This document shows, in pieces, positions 15,395-29,367 of a DNA stretch of 64,000 bases (position 1 is its first letter; every line of letters begins with the position of its first letter). The stretch comes from the human T2T-CHM13v2.0 reference genome, Homo sapiens, in assembly GCF_009914755.1 (NCBI RefSeq), contig NC_060926.1; one strand, given 5' to 3'. Below the pieces are notes generated by a model, which was not told the origin of the DNA, did no database searches, and saw only the letters and a program-made list of their open reading frames with translations. The translations under genes and the position numbers were made by a program.

Positions 15395-16430
15395 GTTTTA
15401 CAATTAATAACACTTACACAAATTTTCACTAAATAGTCCATATTGGTCAATTTGATTCTCTTTTCAATTACTATACTGTAAGATTATTCCAGAATTTATT
15501 TAACCAATTCAGATTATCACCATAAAAATGTTTTACCTACACTTTCTTGCATTTCTCTTAATATTTGTGTAGGATAGTGATATGGTTTGGCTGTGTCCCC
15601 ACCCAAATTTCATCTTGAATTGTAGCTCCCATAATCCCCCTGGGAGGGACCTGGTGGGAGGTCACTGAATCATGGGGGCAATTTTCCCCGTGATATTCTC
15701 GTGATAGTGAATAAGTCTCACAAGATCAGATGGTTTTATAAAGTGAAGTTTCCTTGCACATGCTCTCTTGCCTGCTGCCATGTAAGGCATGACTTTGCTC
15801 CTCCTGTGCCTTCCACCATGATTGTGAGGCCTCCGCAGCCATGTGGAACTGTGAGTTCATTAAACCTCTTTTTCTTTATAAATTCCCCAGCCTCGGGTAT
15901 TTCTTCACAGCAGTATGAGAACAGACTAAGACAGACAGATTTGTGTAGGACACCCGGAAGTGTGATTTCTCAGTCATAAGGTACGTGTGTTTTAAATTTT
16001 CATTAGAGATTAACAAATTCACTTTCAGTAAGTTTGCAGAATTTAAAATCTTACTGATTCTGTATGACAGAACCCATTTCCCCTGCCATCACCAACAGTG
16101 ACTTTTTAAAAATAGTTTTTATGTGCATATATTTAAGTATTTATGGGAATGAATACTGAGATTAAATGATTAGCCTGTGTGAAAGATTTTAAATGGTATC
16201 TGGCACATCAAAATTTAAATAAAATATTCTAACTGAAGGGACATCTTTTCATGTTTACTCGTCATGGCTCAGTATTCCTTATTCTTATCTTATTCTTATT
16301 CTTTGCCTTTATTTCCATTTTATTTCATTTTCTTACTGATTTATGGAGGTCTTTATATGTTTGACATATTAATCCTATAAGAAACAAGCAAATATGTTCT
16401 TCTTGTCCTTTCTTATAACTCCGTTTAATG
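15395..16430 (-). mobile_element. Old L1M (L1ME-like) remnant, interrupted by THE1 LTR
   Basis: aatttatttaaccaattc, ggaagtgtgatttctcagtcataaggta and cccatttcccctgccatcaccaacagtg resemble antisense L1M ORF2 end/3'UTR; boundaries approximate. Confidence 0.5.
15578..15933 (+). mobile_element. THE1 (C/D-type) solo LTR, ERVL-MaLR
   Basis: Starts tgatatggtttggctgtgtccccacccaaa and ends acagactaagaca; attaaa poly(A) signal; 5-bp TSD gatag/gacag. Confidence 0.93.
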
Positions 16431-17166
16431 TTGAGTAGAATTTAGGTGGGTGAAAGTTGGTAAGGAATTTCAAGGAAGGAATTTCAAGAAGAGGGAACAG
16501 CATCTACAAAGACATATAGCTTCTTAGTGGAAGCTAGACTCCAAAACATTGACTAGAATTTTGTGGCTGAAATGTACATGGATATAAAACGAGAAAAGTA
16601 TTTACATATAATCAACCTTGAGTGCCACCTAGGAAATGTGAGCTTTATTATGAAGGCCAGAAGAAGCCACCAAGGACTAAAGAGAAAAAGAGTGACAGGA
16701 CCACACTGTGAGTCCTTATTGTGGGTCAGTGTTCTTAAACTGTTTAGAATCAAGACAAAACCACTATGTTGCCCAGTTCTAGGTGGAAACTCCAGTCATC
16801 ATTCAATTCTATAGGAAGAGTGGTCCCTAGAGTTGTACAATGCAAGTGTTGGTCAGGAATCCTTTGGAGAGTCTAAAGAAAGTCAATAAATCCCAGTGGA
16901 ATTTACACAAAAAAACCTTTGCATTTAATGTCGAGTTTTCAGAGATACAATAAAACCCACCCACTAACCCCTTAAAGGCTCAGTTACTCAAGATTCTGAA
17001 CCACTGCTCTGGGACTTTTATGCAACACTGGAGTTTACTACTCATGGAACTTCAAACTACCATACGGTTAGGGTTAAATCAAACTATTGCAAATTTAAAA
17101 TTTCTATCTTAAGGCCATGGAAATGCACTCTGTAAGGCCAAGACATTCCTGGACAGCATTTTAAAG

Positions 17167-17492
17167 CAGTGCCATTCAATAGAAATACAATGCAAGTCAC
17201 AAATGTGAGCCACATATGTTAAGTATAAGGTTTCTGGTAATCACATAAAAAAAGTAAAAAGAAATAGATAAAATTAATTTTAACACAATATTTACCTAAC
17301 CGAATATATATAATCATTTCAATATGTAATCAGTATGAAATGTTTTTAATCAGATATTGTACAATATTTTTTCATTCTAAAATGAAATGTGATGTGTATT
17401 TTATACTTACATTGCATCTCAATTCAGACTAGTCACATTTCAAGGGCTCAACAGCCACATGTGGCTAGGGGCTACCATATTGGACAGGACTG
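17167..17492 (-). mobile_element. MER33 (hAT-Charlie MITE)
   Basis: Termini cagtgccattcaatagaaata and agccacatgtggctaggggctaccatattggacaggactg; length ~325 bp fits MER33. Confidence 0.8.
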
Positions 17493-17724
17493 TTCTCAAT
17501 CATCTTTCTTATTATCATTTTCTCTAAACCCATTTTCCACCCCCCATATTCACTTAAACCTAATTAGGCCGCACTACACCTGCTGATTCCCATGTTCCAT
17601 CAAACTCTCTTCTTAGACATTCTCACTATGTTATGAATGCACAATAGTAAGTTTTCTCTCCCTAGACCATTTTACTTTGTGCTTGGCATCCCATTGCAGA
17701 ATGGGAAATGTTAATCTAGTGGGG

Positions 17725-17799
17725 GAAAAAATCAAATATCAGGGAAGAAGAAAAAATAGGGAATAGAAAAAATTCAAATATCAGGGAAAAAGAAAAATA
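17725..17799. repeat. Local direct duplication, ~41-bp period
   Basis: gaaaaaatcaaatatcagggaagaagaaaaaata and gaaaaaattcaaatatcagggaaaaagaaaaata. Confidence 0.85.
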
Positions 17800-19108
17800 T
17801 CTCTTTCAAAACAGGTGGTGTTTTATAAATTACAGCATTTTGGGGAACACATGGCCCTAGAGTAAGATCCTCATGCAGCTCTTCTCTGTCCCACTACAGG
17901 GAATTCCAAATTGGGCATTGCCTACCTGAGCATTTTCTCCACACTTTAGTTTAGATTGTTGAGACAACAGTAGTGAAGACTCTGACAATCCAGGCAGTCA
18001 TAATATGATGGACTACCAGGCTAGATCTGTTTATCCACGTCAACTTACAATTAGAGGGGAAAAAACACTGAGCTTCAGATATATTGTCTGGGGATAAATA
18101 TAATATTCCCAGAATAAAGTTTATTTGGGAGATGGTGAGCAGAGTAATGGTAACATTACTCTGATCCACATGCCTAAAAATTTAACAGAATCTTCTCTGA
18201 AAAAAAAAAAATTTAAATATGACTCTAAAAATTGTATTGAATTGAGGAATAGATGCTAATGATTAAATATGAAGAAAAAGGAAAAGCAAAACAACACCTC
18301 AAAATGTTTCTTATTTCTAACTCTGTAGAAATAATAGCATTAGCTACATCTGACAACATTAAAAGTAATGCAGAGAATCCTCCTATGACCCCACTGCCAC
18401 TAAAAGGCATCGGAATTGCAAGGGCTCAGAGACCAACAGACTTGGGGAACCTGGCTCAAGTTCAAAACCCTAGGAACTCTATGTTCCTTCCTTCCAAGTG
18501 AAAAGAAGACACGCTTGGTAGTGTCACGATTGCAGCTATAAGCGGCAGCCTTCTAATTAAAAATAAACTGAGTCCATTATTTCTATTTACAGCTTTTCCA
18601 CAATTTAGCAGCAATGTGACGATAGAGAGAAATGTTGGAAGCATATGTTTAAAAATCCCAAATGCTTTTGAGAGCATCGTTAGAGTAAACATCCTGTGAA
18701 TGTGTTTCTTTACCTTCAATGCCCATCTCCAAAGGGCTTTCCAAGCTGGGCAGGGCAGCTCTTGCAGCATAAACATGTTTCTCATCAGAAGGAATGGCTC
18801 AGAAAAGACACACTACAATTAAATTAGTAACTAGAAAGCCATACTTTGGACTCTAGACATTCCCTCTTGCAGTATGCTCTTTGTTTTTCCCATGGATATT
18901 GAAAAATGGTAAAGGGCAGAAGGGAGTAACAGGCAAAAGGAAGTTGGAACAGAGAAAAAGAACAGGTCAGAGGGCTTTCTGAGTAGAATATTTGATTGGA
19001 TTTACACATGAAAATTGTTTAATAAATATTTGCTGGATGAATCTTCTAAAGACCAATGGCCATCTGCCAGATATTTTGAATGCACGTGATATCGTGGGAT
19101 GAGTATGG

Positions 19109-19315
19109 CAGAGTTTCTCAACTTCCGCAATAGTGTAATTTGGGGCCAGACAATTCTTTGTTGGGGACTCTAGGATGTTAGCAGCACCCTGGCCTCTATC
19201 CACTCAATTCCAGTAGCACCCCCGCCCCCGCCCAGTTGTGATCAATCTAAAATGTCTTCAGACATTGCTTAATGTACCCTGTACCCTGGGGACAAAATCT
19301 TGCTGAGAACCTCTG
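19109..19315 (-). mobile_element. MER20 (hAT-Charlie)
   Basis: cagagtttctcaac...taggatgttagcagcaccctggcctctatccact...aaatgtcttcagacattgc...gctgagaacctctg. Confidence 0.88.
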
Positions 19316-20095
19316 CTGCATGGCAAGGCTTCATCCATTCATTTATTTGACAAATCTGACTTTTGTGTCTCCAGCACTGATTGATATACTGGTCCCTACC
19401 CTCAAGTGGTTCCCAGTCAAGGGTCAGAGAGCATATTTAAAGTGATAAGACACAATAGTATGTAGCTTGACTCTTAGAAAGTAATTGGGCATTCCTTTTT
19501 GAGGATATTTAGAAAATATGCCTTTAACTTTAATCGAAACAAGGTTATACATTTTGAAAAGTTCTCAAATAAAAGCCTATTAAACTTGGTGCAGCTTTCT
19601 GCTCTGCTAGTGGCTAACATATTGAAGATGAATTTGAAGGATCTCAGAGAAGCGGCAAGCCTGGCCCCTATACATCTTGGCTGACTTCATAAAAAACAAG
19701 GGTGCTGCTTTGTGACCTGCTTGGCCCTACAAGAAGATTGTGTAACATGCAGCATGCCTTTGATCCAGATAAACTCCCAGATTATTAAAAGGATATTTTT
19801 TTCCCTTTTGAGGTCAAGGTGAGTCACTGGAGCTTTTTCCCTGTTATTAACCAAGCACTAGATGTACAAAGCTTAGATATTAAAAGGCATTAGCCAAGGC
19901 ATCCTGGCCATCTAGTTTAGCGCAAATGCAAAACTTGAGGGGGAGGCTGCGTTACTCACAAAACAAGTAAACAGCCTGAAATATTAGAAGCTGAGTATAC
20001 AAACCCATTCAAATTTCTATGGCCAAGTAACAAGGAGGTGTAGCCAGTTTCCTGAGCATCTGAGGCCAGCCTCTCCCCAGTGTAATTCTAAATAG

Positions 20096-20648
20096 AATAT
20101 ATATATTATATAATATATTATATATAGTATATATATAAACATATATACTATATATATTATATACTATATTATATATAGTATATATATAAACATATATACT
20201 ATATATAATATATAAACATATTATATTATACATGATATAGATAAACATATATATTATATATAATATAGATAAAATATGTTATATATAATATAATGTATAG
20301 ACATATATTTATATACATATATTCTACATATATTATATATATATTCTACACATATTATATTATATATACATATATTCTACATATATTATATATACATATA
20401 TTCTACATATATTATATATACATATATTCTACATATACATATATACATATATTATATATACATATATTATAGATATATAATATATAAACATATATAATAT
20501 TATTATATATAATATATATAATAATATTATATAATATATAATATTATATCTTATATATAAATAATATATATATATTTTATATATATAATATTATATATAT
20601 ATAATATATATTATATATAATATTATTATATTATATATTATATATATA
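20096..20648. repeat. ~550-bp interrupted (TA)n-rich tract with internal higher-order units
   Basis: Almost entirely A/T; recurrent units such as tacatatattctacatatattatata and tatatagtatatatataaacatatatactata. Confidence 0.97.
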
Positions 20649-21751
20649 CTGACTTACATTGATCCGGAACTGCCAGCAAATCTCTACGTTCTTGCAATAA
20701 TCTGGATGTTTATTTCCACCAAGAAGTGTGATGTTTGTAGCACAATGAACCAGGCCCCCTCCTGAACTCTGGGTCCACCCTCACCCCTTAGAAAGCAGTG
20801 CAGCCCTCCTCACCCACTCCTAAAAAGGTTGCCAACCTTGGTGGAAACCAATCAGATCACTTACAACAAATTCAAGTTCAAAAAGTGTGTAAGTCTGATG
20901 AACTCATCAAAAGCACCCCAAAGCTAGAATCATACTGTTACCATAACTTTTGAATTACATTTTCCAACACAGGTTAAGCTGGCAAGAAGAGTATGAGGAA
21001 GGATGGAAATAATTGTTTTAAGCCAAAATGAGCCCCAGTCTTTGCGACACCCTTGCCAATGGCCTTTTACTTCCAACACTGTTGTTTTAGCCACATAGAG
21101 AAGCTTCTCAGAACAGAGTTCAGTAATTACACTTCTCTGATATTCCCGCCTGTTTCCTACTAAGACAGACCTTACACACTCAGAAGAGGAGGTACAAAGG
21201 ATGCACACAATCTGGAAAACATTGCTGCCTCCCGGTCAAACAGACCTTGAGAAGTACTCAGGAGGTTTCTCCCACTGGAGCTAGAGCAAGACAGGCTGGT
21301 AATGGCATGAGTGTCTACAGGCCATGCTCCATTCCTTTATCAATAGCATCTACCTAGTAGGCCTAATCCTGGGAGGAATGTCTTCTCATGAAGAGTTTCA
21401 TCAACTTCCTTAGGACATGCTGTTCTTTTTTATTTTCATTCTACCTGGGGCCTGGACACTGAGAATGACTCTGATCAGATTCTAAAGTCTGCCACCTGAC
21501 TCTTCATTTTCCTGCAGGATCCAGCCACGGGATCTGCATCATTTCACTGCCTTCCTTAATCTGAACTATCTAGATGTGTTATTGCTTCTTCACATTTTTA
21601 AATTTTGAGTGAGAAGCTATAAGAAGAGAAGCCTGAAAGGATAACTAATGATGAAGTTTTGTCTGTGGCAGAGGGTAGGGATGATCTGACTACTTTAACC
21701 ACATCATACTTGAAACTGCCACAGTTGATCACCGCTTGAGGCCCACCAACC

Positions 21752-22193
21752 TGTGTGTACAAGATGCTTACTGTCTACCAAAAATCCCTATTCCACTTCC
21801 ACAGTGCACGTTTTTCATACACTGGTACATTGGCCAATATCACTAGGCAGAATTCACCCAGCCCCAGCCCCACTTCCAGCGCACTCCCTACCTTCATTAG
21901 ATGGGGTCTGAAGAGGTTCTTAGCAATGGAATGTGAGCAGCTCAGTTTTGAGCCTTTGAAATGCTTTCTTCCTCTGTCTGCTGGCCTGTTATAGGGATTC
22001 CAAGGCCTTAAAGGATGGCAAAACCATAAAATGGGAGAAGTCTAATCCTATGTAGAGGAGATCTTCCTGACAACCAGGAATGCCCACATAGGATTGTTAT
22101 ATGAATGAGAAATAAACTTTCGATGTGTTCAACCACCGAAATCTCCTGAGTCTCTGTAAAATAGCTTAACCAGATGTTAGCCTAACTCATACA
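21752..22193 (+). mobile_element. MLT1-family solo LTR (MLT1H/J-like)
   Basis: gttcttagcaatggaatgtgagcag, tgaatgagaaataaactttcgatgtgttcaaccaccgaaat, and 3' end cctaactcataca. The 5' boundary is uncertain. Confidence 0.65.
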
Positions 22194-24228
22194 CCAGGCC
22201 AATAGTGTATGAAATAATGGGAAATAAACCTATGAGTATCTACCAATATTTATTGAGAGTGGATTTATAATATATAGCTATTCTGTCCTTGCCCTTTCAT
22301 GCAAGTTTTCTAGTGTCATATCAAACTCAATTCCATTTATCAAACTTTTGCTGAATACCCCCCTTTTGCCAGGGTCTATGCTGTGTTTTGGGGGACAAAT
22401 TGATGATATCTGAAAATCAGCCCCTCAAGAAATTCCCATTTCCTTTTGTCCTTTGAATAATTTGATTCAGCTACCATCTATTAAGCACCAGTTTTATGCC
22501 AGACACTGGACTAGACCAGTGATACAAACACAGTCCTCTTCCTTCAGAAGCCCATTCATATTCCATTTCCAGCCTCATTCTACCACCCTTTCTACAAGAA
22601 AAAGAGGATTTGGCATGTTCTGACTCACACAGAAGGTAGAAGAGCACATGCAAAATCTTCTGATGGTTGGACAAATTTAGCAGCATGGATATTTGCAGAT
22701 ATACAATTTGTGTCATATTCCTATTTATGTATGCATCCCAGGCTCTGTTGCTTAGTGGTTGCTACTCTCATATTCATTTATGTCCTTTTATAGCTAATAA
22801 TTTATTGCAAATCTAGTTTTTAGAATGTAAAATAAAGGTTCCATGCAGTACTAATCCAGGTTCTAGTCAGGAGCCCAAGTATTAGCTTATATACTTCTGC
22901 AGGCTTCTTCTATTGTGCTGCTGCCCTACAGAAAAAGGTGGGTCCTTCTAACTCTGTCTTCCATTGGGATGACCCTGACCTTTGGTAGGCCAATTTCCAG
23001 CTGTGGAATCAGGCAGCTTAGCCTGTGAGCCCTGCTTTGTGATCAAACCTTAGAGATCAAACATCAAACTGAGGTGTCCACATGGCCCAGTAGAGTTCCA
23101 GACAAATGGCAGACACTCGCTGTATTTTTGTGGAATAAATAAATGAAAGATGGGTACCTTATTAATTTGACCACTCAGAGATTTGTTTTCCCCTTTATGA
23201 CATACATTGGCCAATTGCTACTCCTAGGGAGAGAGTTTGCTAGGGATATTGAGATTTAATTTACTGGTGAGGTCGAAGAATCACAAATTAGTCTATTCTT
23301 TCATGCCAACTTTGATCAATCAATAGAAGTTCCCTGAAACACTGTGGGAGGATTCTGAAACTCGGTGGGAGATGACTACTTAGTGTATTGGTAATGCATA
23401 CCATACATATATATGGTAGAGAAGTGTGATAATGAGCATGCCAGATAGTATCATCCCTGCAGCAGGTCCTTAGCTGACAACATGGTCCATGAGGAGGGAT
23501 TGTGGGACCTGGGTGTTCTCAGCTATAATATAAGCAAATGAGTTAACAAATAAAAGAGATTATTGAAAAGATCAAATAAACTTTTAAAAGCTCAATGTTT
23601 TTGGTATGTAAGTATTTCTTGCCTACAGGAAAGACAATGGATCAAACGGCCATGGTTGTTCCTCCATTCCAGGAGCATCCAGCAAACATGGCTACCTATC
23701 ACCTACTCATAACCAGTCAGTGCCCGCAGCTCACAGTACCCACCGCAGGCTGAGAGGGTGAGTTACAATTAATATGTTAGGCTTTTGGAATCCATAATGC
23801 ATTTTGACATAAAAACTATGATTTTGTGGTGACTTTGAACTCTAGGCCCCCAGGCTAGCCAATAAAAGTTGATTTATGATAATATTTTAATTAACCTAAA
23901 TTTTGGGTCTATGCAAAGGGCAAAGGAACATGTAATATAGAAGAAAAGAGGAAGAGGAAGAGAAATGTGCTTTCTCTCCATATTCTAGTCAAAGGGCTGG
24001 CCTTGAGCAAAATTTTGAAATGGGATAAATTATTTTAGCCTCATTTCCACCTTATCTCCTCAATATCTCTTCTGCCATCTGTTGCTCTTCTCAAAACTCA
24101 GTTCCTCCAGAGCATTCTAAACCCCACACTGTCCAGGTCCACCTAGACTTGGTTTCTAACCTCTCCCTCCTTCAGTGTTTCATGATGCAAAATACCCTAT
24201 GTCCTATAATCAATCAAAAGCTTGGCTA

Positions 24229-24525
<297 letters not shown>

Positions 24526-25759
24526 GTTTACCCAGATTTTAGAAAGAAAGCAAATTGGATGTAGCAATTTCATACTAATGTGTAAATGACTTATAGCCTC
24601 CTATCTTCTCCAGAGGAATTTTCCTTTTTAATGAGGTATTATAGAATCAAATTGAATCTACAATTAGTTAACTTTCCAGCAGCATCACAGCAAAATGAAC
24701 CTTTCCACAGGTGGTAAGAGAAGGAATCTGTAGGGAGGAGGACCACCTCAGGATCTAATAACTATGGCGCTGTATCTGTCCTTGTTCTGTTTCTCCTTTC
24801 TCCAAGGCAACTCCCTGAAGCTGTTACTTTCTTGTCTTCATAATGTCTTCTCTGCTTCTATTTCTGACTTCATATACTCTCTATAAACTTCCAAGATTTT
24901 TATTAGCCTCTATCACAGCAGAAGCAGAAGATCATTCTGTTGTGTTTCTAGATGAGATGAGCCACCATCCTTTAAGCACAGGAACTATTTATAAATAGTT
25001 TTGTTTGTAAGTCAAGAAATGCATGTATTCATACACCCCCTCCACACACACACCCCAAATAAATGAAAAACAAACCAAGCCAAGACTCTGAAAATCAACA
25101 GTGTAAGCACAGTCAACAGAAGGCACATGTCAGAAAATTGTTGAAACAATGAAAGGGAGGGTCTTCATCATTAAAATATGTGGTAGTAGAAAGTGATTCT
25201 CTAAAGTTAGTGTCTTTCTCTCTCTGTCTCTCTCCCTCTTCATGTTTTGCCTTTTTCAGTGTTACCTTTATGGTAAGAAAATAGGCCAGTCCCTTATGTT
25301 GAAAACAATTAATACATTTTCTTGATAATTTATTTGCCAATGTCTGAATTGGATTTCTAACAAATAATAAAAGATAAAAGATTAAACGTGCTCTCCCTTA
25401 AGCCAAACTAAAATGCACTCAGCCGAAAGGGAACAGTTTTAGAAAAGAAGTAGGTGGGTGTTCTTAATCCCACTTTTCAGATGAAAGACGCCACTCAATA
25501 AGGTCATGACCTCCTGACCACTGACTGTAAGAATTTTTCATTTTACCTTATTTATCCAGGTGCAATAGAAGGGGCACTTTCATCCCAGTCCCTCCAACCC
25601 TTCCCTTCTTCCCCTCTTGTCTCCTTTTCCCTTCTTTGAGAAGTCCATTGGAGTATTCACACACCCTCTGTTTCCCATCATGCTGTGCAAAACAGCACCT
25701 GGGGCGGCCTGCAGAGCTTGAGAGTGGTCCAAAAAAAAAGAGGAGAGAAGCTGGTGAAT

Positions 25760-27060
25760 GGCTGGAGAGAAGGTAATGATTTGTAATTGCAATACTTTCA
25801 TTACTGTCTTTTAGCTCTTTGCAGAGTAATGTCAAGAGCTTCGTCTTTGTAGTGTTATTGGCATTTTTCATCATATTCATGAAGTTTGGGTCAATTTTCT
25901 TCAAAAGGCGCACTTCGCCAACTTGCCACAGAGACAGACAGTAATAAATTCTACTAGTGCACTGTGAAGGCTTCGTAGCTGCAAGCAACAATAAAAAGCA
26001 ATGAGCTGGGTGTCACTAAGTAACTCCAGTTTACACTGCATTTTCTTCTTTTATTGAAAACTCAGAATATGAATTTATTAATGAATACACAGGCATACTT
26101 TGAAGGGGGGGTGGCGGTGCAGGAGGAGTTGTGGGGGGTGAGACACCATGTCAATTTATTTGGTATTCACACTGTGTGTGCCTATATTGTATTGTTCCAT
26201 CATTTCATGGCCAGGCTTACCTTGTTAGGCTGTGGCCCTCCAGAAAAAACCCGAGCTCATATAGCAACACCTTGACGTGGATCTACAGCTGCTCTCACTG
26301 TGCCTGTCTCACCTTTAGCCCCGGCTGTCTACTGCCGCCTTTCATTTTCCGCATTCATACATCAATAAGCTTTGCATGCTGACACCTAATTTTGCAGGCT
26401 ACTTTGGTTATGGAGGCCGTGTTTTGCATATCACTACCCACCCCCTTCTGACACCTACTGCCTTTAAAGGGAAATGAGAAGAAGAGAGGAAGAGGCAGAG
26501 GAAAGAGAGAGGAAGAGAGAGCAAGAAAGAGAAAGCTTCTTTTCTTCTCTGCCTAATCAGAGATTTCTTTATATTTGTCAAAAGCAGATATGCCAAATCA
26601 ACTTTAATTGATTCCTCGGCGGCACTCACAGATGATTTTTGAAGGACTGGGCTTGTATTCCCAGACACACTGTTGTGTTTCCAACAAAAAAGGAGGTTTC
26701 TCCCACAAATCAAATTTTGATGCCAATTAGTTAGCATTTTCCATTCCAATTAAATTGGAGACTTGGAGACCTTTCTGATTTGGGAAGACTTTATATATAT
26801 TTTATATTAAAAATGCCCTTCAGGGGCTAATAAGCAAGAAGGGAATGTCCGTGGGTGGCAGTAGGCACTGGGTGGGGGTGGGGGACAGAGAGGTGTTGTG
26901 GGCATTTTCAGCTTCTTTTCCTTGTTTATTTCACAAAGGTTTGTCAAACCCATGGCAACCTGTTATATGACATCACAAAGGTTTTTACCTCGCAGTTAGG
27001 TGGCTAATGGCATTAGAGCTTTGACAACCCATAAAATGTAATAATCTAATAGTTTTTTTT
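25760..27060. promoter_or_regulatory. Cluster of candidate conserved non-coding elements
   Basis: No recognisable repeat from ~24.6 to ~27.9 kb; retained CpGs; many TAAT/TGTCA motifs; palindrome ccaattaaattgg; RFX-like ccatggcaac at 26950-26959; FOX-like tgtttat. Conservation is inferred only. Confidence 0.45.
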
Positions 27061-28164
27061 CCTTCTGTACCCCACCCTTTAAACCCTCTGAGACCTCATC
27101 TTGCAAAAAGAGAATTGGGGATATAGGTAGAGGGGAAACAAGATTGATGTTAAAAAGAACAGGCTTTGGCCGGATTTGAGAGATTTTACAAACAAAACAA
27201 ATAAATAAACAACAGCACAAAATAAAATGGGAGGAAAAAACCCAAATGTAATAGAGATGCCTCCATACCCTCATATACACCTGTGAGCACATGACTGTGA
27301 AGACATGCCTGCTAATGACATGTCACCAAGAATTTCTAAATCTACTAAATTAAGTATTTATCATGTGTACCAGAACACTTTAAAGGGAAGAAAATGTCAG
27401 TGCAAATCTAGTTGTAATTTTAATTTAACAGTAACTAAAATCAGTTTGAGCAGTCTCAGTGTTTCTTTTCCCCTTTCTTCTCCATCACATGCCCAACCCT
27501 CTTTTATGTTTCTCTTCTGCTTGAAATTAGCCTTAAAAAACAACAAGAAGGTGTTATCTGCTGCAAGGTCAATTGTGTTGGAGGCAATCCTGGGGCAAAG
27601 GTAGAGGACCTACTTACAGAGTGTGAACTCCAATCACCAGCCAGTATCTTGACCACTTCCCTTCCTATCAGCACAGGCACAAGCTCAAGTTCAATGTCCT
27701 GTGCACCTCTGTTCACACTCATAATCTCAGTACCCACACTGTGTAACCTGAAGCCTCTTGAGGAAATAAAGTTAAATGCCTAATGCCTAGATTAAAGCAT
27801 GACTAGCATGTGTATGGCACTTAACACTTCTGAAACACATTTTTCTGTTTTTACTCACTTATCCTCAGAACAGCTGCATGATACAGGCAATGTGGGTGCC
27901 ATAGGAGAAATGGGCTCAGCTGGGACCACCCAGAAGGAGGGATGAGAGCCTTCTGTGCCACAGACTTAAGGTTCATCCTCATAGGGTCCATGTGAATGAG
28001 GGTCAAATGAGATAACATGTCAGCTGTGATTTTAAACTGGGATTTTAGCACCACCTGGCTGACCCCACAGCAAGTCTTCATTTCATGGTCCAGTTTCCTT
28101 CCAAGACAACCTCATGTTTCTTATAATAGTACTCAGCATACTTTAGACAGCCTGAAAAGTCCTA

Positions 28165-28315
28165 TGCAAGAATTATCTCATTAACCTTTTAACAACTCTA
28201 CTAGTACCCCCATTTTACAGATGAGAAAAGTGATGTTCAGAGTAATTGAGTCCATTCCTCGAGGTCACACATCTTGCCATTAGGGCAGAGCCAGGATTCA
28301 AACCTAGCTATCAGC
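28165..28315 (-). mobile_element. MIR SINE
   Basis: ccccattttacagatgagaaaagtga...gaggtcacac...ggcagagccaggattcaaacctag. Confidence 0.8.
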
Positions 28316-29106
28316 CTGTGGTAGGCCACCTTCAGCCTTATCTCTCTTTGGACTCCCCCAGAGAGACAGCAGGCTCTTCACTAGGAATTAATATAACTAG
28401 AATTAATTTAAGTTTTAGAAAATCTGTTTTTTTAAATACCTCTCTGGCTCCTAGTAAGTGTGATTTTTGCACAGAAATGTAGTCCACTCCCACCATTTTA
28501 GGGAGCCAAATAGTTTAAGGCTGCTCTCTTGGGTATAATAATATTCCTCAATTACCCCAGGTGGAAATAACTAAATGAGGAAAGTAAAATAAAATAAAAT
28601 AACAACAAGCCCCCAAACCATGAAACAAAGCAGTGTGCATGTGGAGACTAAAACTGAAGTTCTAGGCACAATGAGCCAAATATGAGTTCAAACAACGTAA
28701 GTATGCCTATGGGGTATGTTTTACCTATGGGGAGTATTAGACAATATTCAGTTAGGAGAAATCTTCCTCTGTGAGAGGGCTGGGTATGACATCCTCTGGA
28801 CAGGCTCACCACCAGCTATAAAAAGAGGAATTATGAGGACGACTGAACACTGCTCACATTCACAGGGTGCTCCGCTGCATTGTCAATTAGCATGCGTGTT
28901 TCCATAATTGTTATACAAGGGAGAAATTTACAGTGTTAAATGGCCCTCAAATTCACACTTCTGTGTGAGTTTTTGTTTGGTGGTGTGTCTAGTATTAGCA
29001 TGGATGATTGCCTCTGACATCTCTTTGCCTCTGAAGACAAAAACCACTAACATAAAAATAGGACAGGCACACCAGAGGACAATGATACTATTTATTCTTT
29101 AGGCTA

Positions 29107-29134
29107 AGATAGATGCATAGACAGATAGATAGAC

Positions 29135-29179
<45 letters not shown>

Positions 29180-29279
29180 CATACATACATACATACATAC
29201 ATACATACATACATACATACATAGATACATAGATAGATAGATAGGTGGGAAGCTAGATTAGATAGATGGATAGATAGAC

Positions 29280-29358
<79 letters not shown>

Positions 29359-29367
29359 TAGATAGAT
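29107..29367. repeat. Double compound tetranucleotide microsatellite
   Basis: (AGAT)11(ACAT)11 at 29135-29222 and (AGAT)11(AGAC)8(AGAT)3 at 29280-29367, counted by eye. Confidence 0.98.

Noticed and set aside
16820-17010. Possible hAT-Charlie fragment (similar sequence at about 35165-35365)
   Set aside because: Too degraded to assign family or boundaries by eye.
25548-25991. 147-aa minus-strand ORF over the candidate conserved block
   Set aside because: Non-ATG start, no recognisable protein similarity and no convincing splice sites; better explained as non-coding. PhyloCSF would settle it.
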